This document shows, one piece after another, positions 27,718 through 43,654 of a DNA stretch of 64,000 nucleotides (position 1 is its first letter; the number at the start of each line of letters is the position of its first letter). Location of the stretch: NCBI GenBank assembly GCA_964016885.1, contig OZ024741.1, forward strand, positions 96,100,001 through 96,164,000, given 5' to 3'. The stretch comes from Eledone cirrhosa (taxonomy: Eukaryota). The position numbers and the translations under genes were made by a program. A model generated the notes under the pieces. It was not told the origin of the DNA and did not search any database. It saw nothing but the letters and a program-made list of their open reading frames with translations.

Positions 27718-28560
27718 TATAAATTAGCGAGAATCGCATTTCGGCTATTGGAAATTAGCGAAAACCAACTTCCGAGATGTGTGGCAAGCGCTCCATAGAA
27801 ACTAGTGAACTAGAGCAACAACGTACGTTAAAAGGCTAAACACACTGAGACGATGGTTAAACCATTATCCACAAAGCCATAGAAACGACCAAGCTATTCG
27901 GGTCAAACAAATAATAAAATATGATTGAAAATTATACCCGGACCCCTGGAAACGGTGGTAAAATCCAATAGGGCTTTCTGCAACTCCTAAATCAGGTACT
28001 GTCTGCTTAAACAAATAATGTTAAGCTTTTGGTATGATGATCGAACAAGGAATTCACTTTTTCAACAGGCATTTAGTTCTATGCAAAGCTAAGGACTGAC
28101 CGTTATCTAAACCCACGTGGGGGGTTAGAAGGGTGACAACCCCTAGTTTTGGCGGATGAATTCAGTATGTGTGGTTATTGCAAAATTGCAAAATATCACA
28201 AAAGGAATTAAGCTCTCAACAGAATAGTTTTTAAAATTAACATAAGCTATTAATCAGTCAATAGAGTTAACTAAAAAATCAAACAAATTAACTGGTTAAT
28301 AGCTAGACTCTGGAGATTAATACAATTATAAATTAGCGAGAATCACATTTCGGCTATTGGAAATTAGCAAAAAACAACTTCCGAGATGTGTGGCAAGCGG
28401 TCCATAGAAGCTAGTGATCTAGAGCAACACGTGCGTTAAAAGGCCAAACACAGTGAGACGATGGTTAAACCATTATCCGTAAAGCCATAGAAACGACCAA
28501 GCTATTCGGGTCAAACAAATAATAAAATATGATTGAAAATTATACCCAGACCCCTGGAAA
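27718..28560. mobile_element. Unclassified non-coding element with about 235-bp direct repeats
   Basis: 27718-27951 is repeated at 28328-28560 (unit about 610 bp); (TA)n flanks; a relative lies at 29868-30380. Confidence 0.7.
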
Positions 28561-28586
28561 AAAAAATAGAGAGAGAGACATACATA

Positions 28587-28647
<61 letters not shown>

Positions 28648-28749
28648 GTATGTGTCTCTCTCTATTTTTTTTTCTACTATATCAAGCGTTAAACTAATAT
28701 ATATCTTCATTGCACTGCATCGTTTGGCTGTTTTGTTTTCTGTTTAATT

Positions 28750-29595
28750 TACGCACCTCTAACCCTCTCCCCATCTCTTCACTCTGGACATCACCTCTCT
28801 CTTCACCATCTTTCCTCACGCTGACAGCCTCCGTGATCTCCGACACGTTTTGGACCTACGCCCTGCACCTTATCCTACCACTTTCACTCTTCTACGTCTT
28901 GCTGAGCTCGTTCTCACCCTCAATGGGTTTTCCTTTTCCAGAGAGTTTAAGTGTTAGGTCTGTGGGGTAGCCATGTGAACCAGAATGGGCAACAACTATG
29001 CCAACTTGGCTAAGATATTCTCCCTAGGACCTATTCCTGCGCTATATGGTCGTTATAGTGACGATTATATAGGCGCCACCTCTGTGTCTCTTGAACAGCT
29101 AGACTCCTTTCTTTCCTTCATCCAATCTTTTCATCCTGCCCTCTCCTTCACCACCTCCGTCTCCGATCCTTCCGCCCAATTTCTCGCCATCTCCCTCTCT
29201 AACGATAACACTCCCCATATGCTTCCTACATCTTCTACAAAGCCACTGACTGCTACCCCTACCTCGACTTCCCCCTTCCAACCTATCCACATCAAACTCT
29301 AAACCATAATCCCAATTCCTCCGTCTTCGTCGGCTCTGCAGCCACGACTATGATTTGAAGATCCAGCCTCAACACAAGGCTTCTTGCTTCACCCAGCGAC
29401 GATATCCTCCTGCAGTGGTTCAAGCTCCCCTTACCTGCGCCCGTGGTACTGACCGCACAACAGCACTCTTACCTACCAAAGCTTCTAACATCCACCTTTT
29501 CTTTCCCATGCACTTTTTACCCGTCTACCCTAACCCTAAAATGCCGCATCCTTCATTGCTTCTGAACCTTCGATTCTGACCACGTCACTTCTCGC
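28750..29595 (+). pseudogene. Degenerate PLE reverse transcriptase fragment
   Basis: ELVLTLN, GVAM*TRMGNNYANL, YGRYSDDYIG, FYKATD..YLDF and QFLRLRRLCS across frames. Confidence 0.8.
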
Positions 29596-29619
29596 TTATA
29601 TATGTATATAACTATACTT

Positions 29620-29813
29620 CTAACAAAGAGGGTGTGGTAAGATACCAGGTGGACCATAACTCACCAGAGTACTCAATACTTAGAGTAGTTGAGTGGGTAA
29701 TAGGAAAAGAGTCAGGACCCCGACGGCTGAGTTCCGGCCGTTTTGACAGTTAGTTCTGATCTAGCTGTCGAAACGGCCAGAGCTTAGCCGTCGGGGTCCT
29801 GACTCTTTTCCTA
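29620..29813 (-). mobile_element. Small fold-back element family C, copy 2
   Basis: Hairpin 29700-29813 plus tail 29620-29699; homologous to 20235-20421. Confidence 0.75.
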
Positions 29814-29824
29814 TATATACTTTT

Positions 29825-29867
<43 letters not shown>

Positions 29868-29870
<3 letters not shown>

Positions 29871-30379
29871 TAAATTAGCGAGAATCGTTTTCAGCTCAGG
29901 AATTAACGAAAATCAACGTCCGATATGTGTGGCAAGCGCTCGATGAATCATATGAATCAGAGCTACAACATACGTTAAGGGCCAAACACACTGAGATGAT
30001 GGTTAAACATATCATCCGCACAGCCAAAATCAAAACGACCAAGTAATTCGGGTCAAACAATAAAAATATATGTGTTGATACTTTCCCGGACCCTGGACTG
30101 ATGGTAAAATCCAGTATTGGTTTCTGCGACTCCAAATCAGGTACTGTCCGCCTACATAAAGAATGTTGGGCTTCTGGTGAGATGATGAACAAGGCAGTCG
30201 TGTTTTCAACGGGTTTTGCTCCAATATGCTATAGATAGTGTAGCTATTACTGACCCCTCGTGGGATTCAGCAAGGGAGGTAACACCTCTATTAAGCGAAT
30301 GATTCAGTTGTGTATTATTGCGAGAATGCAAAATATCACAAATCGAATTAAAGCTCTCAACAGATTGGTTAAATATAAC

Positions 30380-30380
<1 letters not shown>
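29868..30380. mobile_element. Diverged relative of the 27718-28560 element
   Basis: Shared start AAATTAGCGAGAATCG and collinear blocks through AAGCTCTCAACAG. Confidence 0.7.
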
Positions 30381-30414
<34 letters not shown>

Positions 30415-30900
30415 TATTTATATACTAGCCGATAGCTGATTATGATGATGATATATACTTGTATTATATTTTTTGTAACTTCTGACGAATCTATTCACAA
30501 AGAGCTTCTATTATATTTTTAGTACTTTTTTTTAGTTTTTGCCAATTACAGCATTCTATTGTTGTTATTTATTAATTAATTCTGAATATTATTGTTGTAT
30601 CGTCTGCGGTCTCTTCAAATGTGTCTTTATTGTTACTGTTGTTTTGGTCTCTTTAGTTTATTTCATGTTTTGTGTTGCCAAGTATGTGCTGGCTCTTCAT
30701 CAATTGTGACGATGCTGTTTTCCAGTTATTTGTTCAACGGAACGTCCCGCTCGTGAAATTAACCTATAAGGGGATGACGCAAGGGAGCTTAACGTAGTTC
30801 ATAGGGAGATTCAGCGTCACAACGTGTTTGACAAGGCAAGTACAACTTATTTTGCCAGTTAAGTGGAGTGGAGCAATACCAAATAAAGAGTCTTGCTTAA

Positions 30901-31444
30901 CCTTTTAGCATCTAAACCGGCCGTATCTGACCAGTATTCTCTCACCTCTTTCTGTCCAAACTGGTTGTAACCTGTCGCTCATACTGATGTTAAGGTATTG
31001 TTCTCAAAATAAATATCAAAATCTCATAGATTCAATATTACGTTTGATAATTATGTGAGATTAAACCTTACCGTGAAAATAAGACAGTAAATATAGAGTA
31101 ATGTAAATTCTAAAACGAGGGTGTGCAACATATTCCATTGGCGGGCCACATTTGAACTTTGGAACACATATTAGGGCCATTACTATTTCTTAAGTACTAT
31201 TCCAAAGATTTACCACAACTTCTTTCCATAACATGGAACTGGGAAATTATAACACACATAACCCTATCAGTGAAGCCCTTTAGTATAGGTCAACTAACAG
31301 AAAATTGTATTACGGTTACGAAAAAAATTCCAAATAACCCTACAAGGTAACAATTAAAAAAGGTAATCGCGGGCCACTCTGACTGGTCTGGCGAGCCGGA
31401 TTGTGGCCTGCGGGCCACCTGTTGCACGCCCCTGTGCTAAAGGG
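30901..31444. mobile_element. piggyBac-like MITE
   Basis: TTAA|CCTTTTAGCA ... TGCTAAAGGG|TTAA. Confidence 0.7.
31116..31434. mobile_element. hAT/Charlie-like MITE nested in the piggyBac-like MITE
   Basis: CGAGGGTGTGCAACA..TGTTGCACGCCCCTG; subterminal GCGGGCC motifs; flanks TTCTAAAA / TGCTAAAG. Confidence 0.75.
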
Positions 31445-31966
31445 TTAAGGACACTAATTGCCGCCGGAAAACAAACCTTACGCTGCTGCCAAGCCAACAA
31501 GTATGTTGTATTACTTCTTGCATATACGAATGTATTCATCCATGCGTGTACAGTTGGATGTTTGTAATGATGAGCGTGCACGTATATATGTGTAAATTAC
31601 ATTATGTATATATGTGTAAATTACATTATGTATATATGTGTAATACGGAGGCCGAATTCTCTGTCGCTTCCAAACCTTCGTTTCTGTGTGTGAGTGTGTG
31701 TGCATGTGTGTGCCCGTGCATTTGTTTGTGTATGTATGTGCGTGTCTGTATGCTTATATTTTTCATATTGGCAAATAAATAAGAATAATGTTATGTTGCT
31801 ATGCCGCAGAGGATGCGACGAATATATTCAGGAAGAGTTATTAAAGAAAAAAGTATTTAACAAATAAACAACACGCGTTATATAATTGAGAGTATTGAAA
31901 ACGACTATTCTGCATTTGGCTATCTGTCATTCTCTCTCTCTGTCTGTCTCTGTCTCTCTTTCTCGC

Positions 31967-32024
<58 letters not shown>

Positions 32025-32053
32025 CTTGGTGGTGGTCTTGGTGGTGGTGGTAA

Positions 32054-32086
<33 letters not shown>

Positions 32087-32139
32087 AGTAGTAGTAGTAG
32101 TATGTCGTTGTTCTTGTTCTTGTTATTACCAGTATTATT

Positions 32140-32645
32140 AAGGTGGAGGATTGGCAGTATCGGTAGAGAGTCGGACGCCATGCTTTCCAGCACAGTTACG
32201 TCCCTTTACGGTCTGAGTTCAAATCCCGCCGAGGTTAACTTTGCCTTTCATCCGTACGGGGTCGATAAAATAAAAGTTCCAGTAATGTACTGGGCAATTG
32301 CTGGCCTTGTGCCAAAAGTAGAAACCGTTATTACCAGTATTATCTATTGTATTCTTAGTTTGGGAAATACATCAAGTTTGTTTACTACTACTACTACTAC
32401 TACAACTACTACTACTACCAGACAGATAGATTAACAGTGTCAGTAGAATATCGGTCAACAGGCTTTGTGGCATATAGTTACGTCCCTTTACGTTCTGAGT
32501 TCAAATCCTGCCGAAGGTAGCTTTGCCTTTCTTCCTTATAGGGTCGATAAAATAAAATACGAGTAAGACACTGGGGTCGATTTAATCGACATTCCCCTCC
32601 CCACAAAATGTTGGCCTTGTGCCTAAATCAGAAACCCTTATTATT
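32140..32645 (+). mobile_element. Two tRNA-derived SINE copies (32140-32332 and 32435-32645)
   Basis: Homologous to 14953-15143. Confidence 0.75.
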
Positions 32646-32787
32646 ATTCCGCCCTACACTACCACGAGCGATCTTCATCCTTGTGGCAATAAATAAATCA
32701 TTATTATGATTATCTTTCCCATTCCCCTCCTACTCCTCACTCCTCTCCCCCTTTTTTATCCTCCTTCTCTCTCTCCTTTGCATCATC

Positions 32788-32827
<40 letters not shown>

Positions 32828-33407
32828 CCACCACCACCACCATCATCATCACCATCATCATCATCACCGTTAGTACTTTTGTTGTCACCGCTGGCTTTTA
32901 AAGTTGCCAATATTGTTGTTGTTGTCAATGTTGTTCTTAGTCTTTATGTCCTTTCTCTGCTACATTAAGACGCAATCTGATGCCACCGGGCATCTTGTAG
33001 AGGATTTCACTTGCTTGCACCGGGTAAAAGACTAGCTATGAAGATTAGCTACGTTTTCATTACGTGAATGAGAGATGACATTAACCCGAGCGGACACAGG
33101 AACGCCTCTGGCTCAAACTATCGAGTCATTCAACCATTGAACATTTTATTAGGAAACTGGCAAGTATTTGCCAAAGAGAAAGCAAAGTAAAATAATAAAA
33201 AATATATACATTATAATGATCGTAGTGGTTGTTGTGTTGTTGTGTTGTTGTGTTGTTGTTGGTGGTAGTGGCAGCGGCGGCGGCGGCGGCATTGGTTGCG
33301 TTAGTGATCATGATTTTGATGGTGCTTTCAATGATGAGGATGATTGCGATAATAATCTTGCTGATCAGGGTGTTACTAATGAGGATTATAATGATGACGA
33401 CGACGAC

Positions 33408-33470
<63 letters not shown>

Positions 33471-33780
33471 TGTGATGATTTTTCATAATTATTTCGATAA
33501 TGATGGTGATGATGATGATGACGATGATGATGGTGATGTAGACATGGATATGTGTGTATGTTGATTATGCTAATACCATTAAGAGAAAGAATAATACACA
33601 CATACATACCTATACATTTGTATGAATATATAAAATTTGCATGGATTTGCAACTTAATGGTGCATTTGTAATAGGAATTTTAAATGTTGTGCATTTCTCC
33701 TATTATATAAGCTATAGATTTCATCGAAGTGCATTTTGATTTGCGTCATGTAAATATACTTTTATCTATTCACTCTCATT

Positions 33781-33935
33781 TTGTCACGTCAGCGTAAATC
33801 AATATCATTAGATACCAAAGTAAAGGATATAAAAGATAGAGATAGAGGATGGGAGGGAGGGTGGGGGGGGGGGGGGGGGGGGGGCAAAAAATGTGCTGTT
33901 GCAGAATCATTAGTAGTTGCAATGCAATGTAATGC

Positions 33936-33973
<38 letters not shown>

Positions 33974-34760
33974 TGGTAATAATAATTTTAATAATAATTT
34001 AAAAATTACTCAATTAATCCGACAAAATAAATGTTGCTATTCAAAACCCAAAGGAGGACAAGGAACTCACGCAATCCTATCATGGTAAGTATAGTGAGAA
34101 TTCTAACCGTTTAGGAAATATGTGACCACGTGACTCACCACTATCCTATTTATTTTCACTGTTAAAACAAGAATAATCTGAATAATCTCAAAATTTGTTG
34201 CTTGGTGGTCTGTAAGTTTAAACAATTATATAATCCCCATCGCAATCGTATAACAGTGGAATCCAATATATTTGAAGGGGTAAATACCCAATAAATTTCA
34301 TTTTTAATGTAGACGAATGTAGGTTATTTTTGATGCAGTTATTCCCTAATATTTGTATATCAAAGAGAAAAAGAATAGTATCTAAGACTAAAGCCGTAAT
34401 AGTTCATCTCATATTGTTCTGAGGAGTAAATTTCACTGAAGAACTCAGAATTAAACCCTCGTTTGAGTATCATTCTGAATAAACATAGAGCAATAAAAGG
34501 CCGACTCAAATCTAGTTTCCCTGCCATATGGAAATCTTACAGAAAACTTCATTTACCCAAGAATTATTTACTGAATGGGTCGGTGACTAGTTTTGCTCTT
34601 CTGGTAAAAGCTGCTGAGAGAAGAATAATTTCAACCCCAAAACATTACTTCTTCGTCATTCTTAAAATCTCAATTCACTCAAACTATGCATGTTTACTGA
34701 GGTTGTTTTCACGCTATCAGACTGACACAAATTTACTACTACAGCTTATGATTCCCTTGT
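33781..34760 (+). pseudogene. pogo/Tigger-like transposase relic interrupted by microsatellites
   Basis: SRQRKSISLDTKVKDIK resembles a CENP-B/psq HTH start; IFNVDECRLF at about 34300 resembles IFNxDETGLF. Confidence 0.55.
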
Positions 34761-34894
34761 AAAGACATACCATCTTAGAAATTTAAGTCAGTCGATTACA
34801 ATGACTAATGGTAAAAATAAGCAGGCTAAGGAACTGTGCAAAAATAACGAAACACACAATAGAAATATCAAAGATACCCGAAGAGTTAAACATA

Positions 34895-35062
34895 CAGTAT
34901 TTCCCGGCGTCGAAGATGCTACTTTTTTCCTAAAATAAGTCCCAAAAATCTACCATGCGTCCTGGAGGCTGAAGGTTGTTTATTATTTTTTTTCATATTT
35001 TTGGCTGTCAAAATTAGGGTGCATCCTTGAGGACGAAGCGTCCTCGGCGCCGGGAAATACTG
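34895..35062. mobile_element. Tc1/pogo-type MITE
   Basis: TA|CAGTATTTCCCGGCG ... CGCCGGGAAATACTG|TA. Confidence 0.85.
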
Positions 35063-35407
35063 TAGATATTTCATTGGGATTTGGTAGTTAAGGAAGTTCA
35101 ACAGATAGAAAATGAAAGTTTCAATTAGTAATAGTTTTGTTCAAAAATAGCGCAAAATGTGAGAAAATTGGTGTAGGTGATAGTTGAAGATTATTTCAAA
35201 CAGATAATGAGATACTCACCTATGAAGTGTCTCTAGTTTAGGTAGCAAAGAAGAGAATAAGTTACTACAGGTTTTCAACAACAAACATCTTAGCTAAATG
35301 ATTAATGTAAAGATTAATGCGAAAAGCAACAAAATCAAAAATATAAAACAAGAGAGCAGCTGAATGATATATGTATCTTCGATAAGGCAGTATGTCACTG
35401 GTACATA

Positions 35408-35590
35408 TAATTGTTTCTACTTTTGGCAAAAGGCCAGCAATTACCCCAGTGCATAACTGGTACTCTATTTTATCGACCCCGTAAGGATGAAAGGCAAAGT
35501 TAATTTCAGCGGGATTTGAGCAGAGAACGCAAAGGGTCATAACTCTATGCTGTAAAACATGGTGTCTGACACTCTACTGATATTGCCAAT
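35408..35590 (-). mobile_element. tRNA-derived SINE, main family
   Basis: Homologous to 14953-15143. Confidence 0.75.
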
Positions 35591-35681
35591 TTTTGAAACA
35601 TAAAACCGAGAGAAGAGTGCTGAAAGAAACATAATTAGCCATAAATGACGTTTTATATGTCAGATGATGATGATAATGAGA

Positions 35682-35682
35682 A

Positions 35683-35757
<75 letters not shown>

Positions 35758-35813
35758 TACTACTACTACTACCACCACCACCACCACCACCACCAGTACT
35801 ACTAGTACTACTG

Positions 35814-35892
<79 letters not shown>

Positions 35893-35910
35893 GACGACGA
35901 CGACGACGAT
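35682..35910. repeat. (TAC)n/(CAC)n trinucleotide tract
   Basis: Seen directly. Confidence 0.95.
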
Positions 35911-37275
35911 AGTGATAATGATGATGATGATACTGATGATAATGTTGATGATGATTTCGATGACGTCAATGATGTTGTTAGACGATTATGGTATTGATGA
36001 CTGTGGCCATGATGATCATAATAATGCTATAGAAGAAAATAACGTTGGCATGTTCAAAAACAAACAAACTAACATTAACCGATCGCCACAAGTTTACCGC
36101 TGACCTATAATGTTCATGCATATCTCTGGTGAAATTGCTGCATCTTATACAAGCTTATGAATTGTAAAATATGAAACAGGGCTCCGTTATTGTCAGAAAC
36201 ACACTCTTAGAGCTTATATAAACCACAGAATACACACACACAACTCTACAATTACCCTCACAGTTCTGTACGGAACAACTACTAACACACACACAGACAC
36301 ACGCACGCACACACACACATACACACACACACAGACACACATCCTTATATACACACACAGATGCCCACACCTTGGCACTTACAAAGACACACACACTCTT
36401 ATACTTACACATACATATCCTCTTAGCATCGTACGGACACGTATAACAAATATATAGACACCCTTATATACACACATATATGCTCACAGCTTAGTACTTG
36501 CAAACACACACACACTCTTATACTTACCTATACACATATATATCCTCTTAGCATCGTACGGACGAATAACAGATAAACACACACACTCGTATACACACGC
36601 GCACACGTACTGCTCTCTCTATATAAATAAAAAAAAGCGTTTTGTTTTCCTTTTCAGCTAGACACGCTCGATCACTGTCTTTTAAAACAAAAGTATCTTA
36701 CACAAAACGTCATCATCAACAGTTTTCTAAGAGATAAAAACGTGAATAGACCTGGGGGCATTTTTTTTTTATCTAAAAAGAAATTTGTTTTAGTTTCTGC
36801 CATTGCCCGTCTCCTCAATCTTTCTATTTCTTTTTAAAATTAAAATTCTATTTTCTGTTGAAGGACTAATGTCTGGAACATTAACACTCTTTTCCTACTA
36901 TATCGAGCATAAAATATAGCATCTAATACATTTCGGTTACGACAGAGGTGTTTATCTAAATATGACACTGCCGGTAGCACGCCGACGTTTCTGTCGGCAA
37001 CAGTATGATATATATATGTTTTGCTGTCAACACAAACCAATATATATATATATATATATCTATGTACGTGTGTATATATGTTGGATATGGAAACAGTTAT
37101 AGCAGTCCGAGTACCGTATCATCTTACTCAAATGAAGTTGCTTCCTTCGCTGTTTAACGAAAGTGTGCACTCTGGTCAGTTGGGTTTGAATTTTAATAAT
37201 ACGAGATAATTTTCTATTGAGTGAATGAGGAAACGGCCGAAGATATGTCCCTTCTAATGGACTTGCTTTGTCTTA

Positions 37276-37932
<657 letters not shown>

Positions 37933-37949
37933 ATATATATATATATATA

Positions 37950-39999
37950 TGTTTCTTAAAATAACAGATTAAAGTTTAAGCAAGCAAAGAATCGCTGCTT
38001 TCACCCTTAACGGGATCATCTGAAACTAAAAAGATCAATCTGTGAACGCAGAAGTAAATATTTCGAAAAACGTTGCAACTGAAGGAAGACAGGTAGACGA
38101 TACTTTGGTTCGTAGAAACGTTCCCTGGCAAAGAACGGAAAAAAACGAAGATCATTATTTGGAGCGGTGAAAACAATTACACGCAAAGACAAAACCACGT
38201 TTATGGTATAAATGAAGTCGTAGACTAATATTCTATTAGGTGGTTCGTGGAGACTTTCTCTGGCAATGAACGGAAAAAACGAAGATTATACGCCATTAAG
38301 TGGTGCGGGAGAACAATTACACGCAAAGACAAAACCACGTAATATGTATAACTGAAGTCGTAGACTAAAATTCTATTCAGGAAACCGAATGATTCTCGGC
38401 TTCAGAGTTAAGAATAATGTAAATAAATACAGAGGTAATTGAAAACAACAAAAATTAAATATATACATGCACGCATCCATATATTTACATACACATGCAT
38501 ACGCGAAAACACCCGCCATGGGTATGCAAATACAAGCACCTACACAAAAAAACACGCACGCACATACAGAACCCACTCAACGCCTGTACCCGCACACATA
38601 CGAACGTATACACCAAATACACATAAAAATATATATTAAAAAAACATATATATATATGTGTGTGTGTGTGCATGTATACATATAATTATATAAACGTATA
38701 TAAATAAACACACATAAATACGTATATAACGCGCGCACACACAAACCTACATGTAAATACACATATGTTCGCTAAAAGAACGTCAACCAAAACATAAGGT
38801 ACACATATACACACACCCTATATACGTACGAACCCGCATACTCACACAGACGCAAAACTCACGTATACACATAACCATATGCACATGTACGAAAATATAT
38901 AATATAATATATACGCCTATAACATATACAAGCAAATATACGTACAAGAAAGAATACGTACCTTCCCAAAACATACAGGTAATATATACTTACCTATACA
39001 AATAAGTAATGGTATAAACATAACATAAACTTAGTTAACACATCGAGACGTAAAATATCCGAGTATATTTCGTACTTCCGTTAGGGTATAATGTAGGGCT
39101 GTAATACAGGAAAGTGTTGTGCAATTTATGTTTACAAGCGAAATTGCCTCAGATTTTTTGTTAAAGATGTGGTCTTTGGCGTAGAGTATTTCCAGGGCTT
39201 CAACGGCGCAGAGGTCACATGGTCTTTTATTTCCATTACACGATCTAGCCCTAGCTAGAATCTCCCAGTGTAACTTATATTGGGTCTGGTTGACTTTTAG
39301 ACTCCAGATATAAGTCATATTCCTTCTTAAAGGGTTAAGAAAAGAATGGGTATGCATGTAAAGACGCTGCTTGAATCTATTGGCAGTTAACAGTATGTAG
39401 GCCCTACGGGACGTGGGTGTTTCAACCTTACATTTGTAGACAATGTTACTAGAGAGGCATTTCCCGGATAGGGGACAGTCAACCCGATTCCTACAATTAC
39501 AGTTAGTACTAGCTACAGGGTTGCACGTGTTCCTACGGCAAGGTAATTTAGCTAAATTTGAAGCTGTGATGTTATGCGCAAGGTTAGGAGTCGTAGAGTA
39601 AGAAATTTTAATGGTATTTCTATTAAAAGTTTTACTATATTTATGTGCTGGGGGAAAATGCTTCATAATAAGGGAGAGAAAGATGTTAGCTAATGGTGTG
39701 GCCGCCTCCATATTATATGGTGGGTTATGCCATAAAATGCGTCGGGATCTATTTTTCCTAGGTCTATTCTCAAACTCTGTATATGCTACTTTATCGACAA
39801 ACCCACTCCGAGCAAGAGCTTGTTTGTAATATATGGAATGGTCGGTGAAAATATGCTCGTTTGTAGATAGATGAGAAAGCCTCAAAGAAACGTTTCTTAC
39901 CAGGTTCTTGGTTATGCTGGCAGGATGGTTAGAATGCTTACTTATGTAATTAAGCGTATCATTCGGCTTTCTATACGGGTAGTGCAAGCCATAGTGCAA
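37950..39999 (-). mobile_element. 5'-truncated PLE family E (RT C-terminus, GIY-YIG, 3' UTR)
   Basis: ORF 39031-39999: YRKPNDTLNYISKHSNHP, CNCRNRVDCPLSGKC, NIVYKC, RFKQRLYMH, CDLCAVE. UTR has a tandem duplication (about 38060-38380) and an HHR-like motif at 37990-38026. The UTR extent is inferred. Confidence 0.8.
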
Positions 40000-40083
40000 A
40001 TATTTGCTCTACGGTTCTTATATATTTGATATATATTTATCCTTATCGAGGAATTTATTATTATTAAAATTTATTATTATTAC

Positions 40084-40258
40084 TATCGGTAGAGGGTCGG
40101 ACGCCATGCTTTGACGCATAGAGTTACGGCCCTTGCCATTCTGAGTTTAAATCCCGCCGAGGTTAACTTTGCCTTTCATCCTTACGGGGTCGATAAAATA
40201 AAGTACCTGTAATACACTGGGCAATTGCTGGCCTTGTGCCAAAAGTAGAAACAATTAT
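40084..40258 (+). mobile_element. tRNA-derived SINE, main family
   Basis: Homologous to 14953-15143. Confidence 0.8.
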
Positions 40259-40538
40259 TACTATATATATATATAAGCATGTATACGTACATATATATAT
40301 GTATACAGACGTACAGTAGTATGTATATATATATATATATATTCTATTCTAAGGCGGGTAAAATTCCCGAGATCCATGGACGAGTTCTCTCCAGCGGTCT
40401 CTGTCCCTCATTATCGCTGCCATGTCCTGCGTCTCCAACATACGTTAACCTTGGTCTTCCTCTTCTAGGAGACTGATGTTAGCTGGACATGCTCACCGAC
40501 ATCCAGAGTTGACATTGCACTCAGTGCCTACATGGACA

Positions 40539-40597
<59 letters not shown>

Positions 40598-40600
<3 letters not shown>

Positions 40601-40954
40601 GTATGGATTCACCGAACATTTATTATAATGCTCGGTGTGTTTGTAAACAAATATCCCGAATTAAGCCGTACAGTGTCTAGCAATCATCGTTGCTCATTTG
40701 TTCAATACTGACAAAGGAACGCTGTACTAGTTTCAAGCTTATTAGCTATCATCATCAACGTATACCTTCCTGCCAGATGGTTGAACGTCTGAAAGTATAT
40801 ACTTTCCTTATGCCTCTTAACGGCTGAGCAGCCTAATTTGCATATCGAGTCAGTTAATCGACCGGGGTAACGAAAACGATAAACGGCTTAATTCGGGATG
40901 TTTGTTTACAAACACACCGAGCATTATAATAAATGTTCCGTGAATCCATACGTA
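40598..40954. mobile_element. Small element with 72-bp inverted arms and an internal HHR-like motif
   Basis: Arms 40598-40669 / 40883-40954 within (TA)n; HHR-like motif at 40720-40760 on the minus strand. Confidence 0.7.
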
Positions 40955-41112
40955 CATATATATATGTGTACATGTATGTGTGTATATATATATATATACA
41001 TATATATATACTACTGTACGTCTGTATACATATATGTATGTACGTATACATACTTATATTTAAGTAATAGCCGTACTAAGAGTGAGAAATCAAATTTCGT
41101 TTATATATATAT

Positions 41113-42582
<1,470 letters not shown>

Positions 42583-42689
42583 GACCCGACATGCATGGAC
42601 CCGACATTCCACTGGTGGAAACATAGTGATGTCATAGTGATTTTGTGCGTGTCGTAGTCATTTTAAACCTGGTCTAGACACAGTGTGTA

Positions 42690-43055
42690 TGTGTGTATGT
42701 ATGTATGTATGTTATCCCAGTTTCTTGAGTTGCCTTCTCCAAGAAGAATGCCCTGACAAAGGCTAGGGGTCCTTCAGTCTCAGTGGTTTAACCACGCGAT
42801 CGGGTGTCCAGCCCGACTATTTCTATGTCCCCCTGTAGTTACCGGCTCAGCAGTTATCGATGATGTTGATCTTTTCTTCTTTTCGGGTTATAGCTACTGT
42901 CGCTCAGAGAGTGGGATTGGCTCAGTGCACAGTCTTTCCTCACTTGAAAAAATATCTTCACGCACAGGCATTGCACGATAGAATTAATTAATAATTATTA
43001 ATAATGGTATATCGTGCAATGGCTATACTCGATGACGAGGGGGCAGCCATCATGT
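42690..43055. repeat. Interspersed repeat with (TATG)n flanks; homologous to 53615-53870
   Basis: 42845-43055 is the reverse complement of about 53615-53830; GTTATCCCAGTTTCYTGAGTTGC is also shared. Confidence 0.6.
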
Positions 43056-43524
43056 ATGTATGTATGTATCTATGTATGTATGTATATGAGTGTGTATGTA
43101 TCTGTGTATGTATGTATATGTGTGTCTATGTGATATGTATGTATGTATCTACATATTATGTATGTGTGTATGTAAGTATTATGTATATATGTATGCGTTT
43201 ATGAATGTATGCGCGTGCTAATGTGTGTCTATGTACGTATATATGTGTGTGCGTATGTGTGTGTGAGTGTGTGTGTGTGTACATTTCATGCTATTATCCC
43301 ATTAGTGTCTGAAATGAGGTAAAAGGAGCTAAAGTATTTGCCAATTCTGAACCGATCACTGGTATAATATCATCAACGGGTTTGAGAGGGGAGACGACCA
43401 GAAAAGCATTTCAGATAAATTGATGCTAAGTAGGAAGACATTAGGTATGTATGGATGTGTAGGTGTTTGATTATATATATATATATGTGTATGTATACAA
43501 GTGTATATATACACATGTATATAA

Positions 43525-43606
<82 letters not shown>

Positions 43607-43607
43607 G

Positions 43608-43654
<47 letters not shown>

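Noticed and set aside
27718-28560. LTR retrotransposon or TRIM
   Set aside because: No TG..CA termini, PBS, PPT or short TSD seen.
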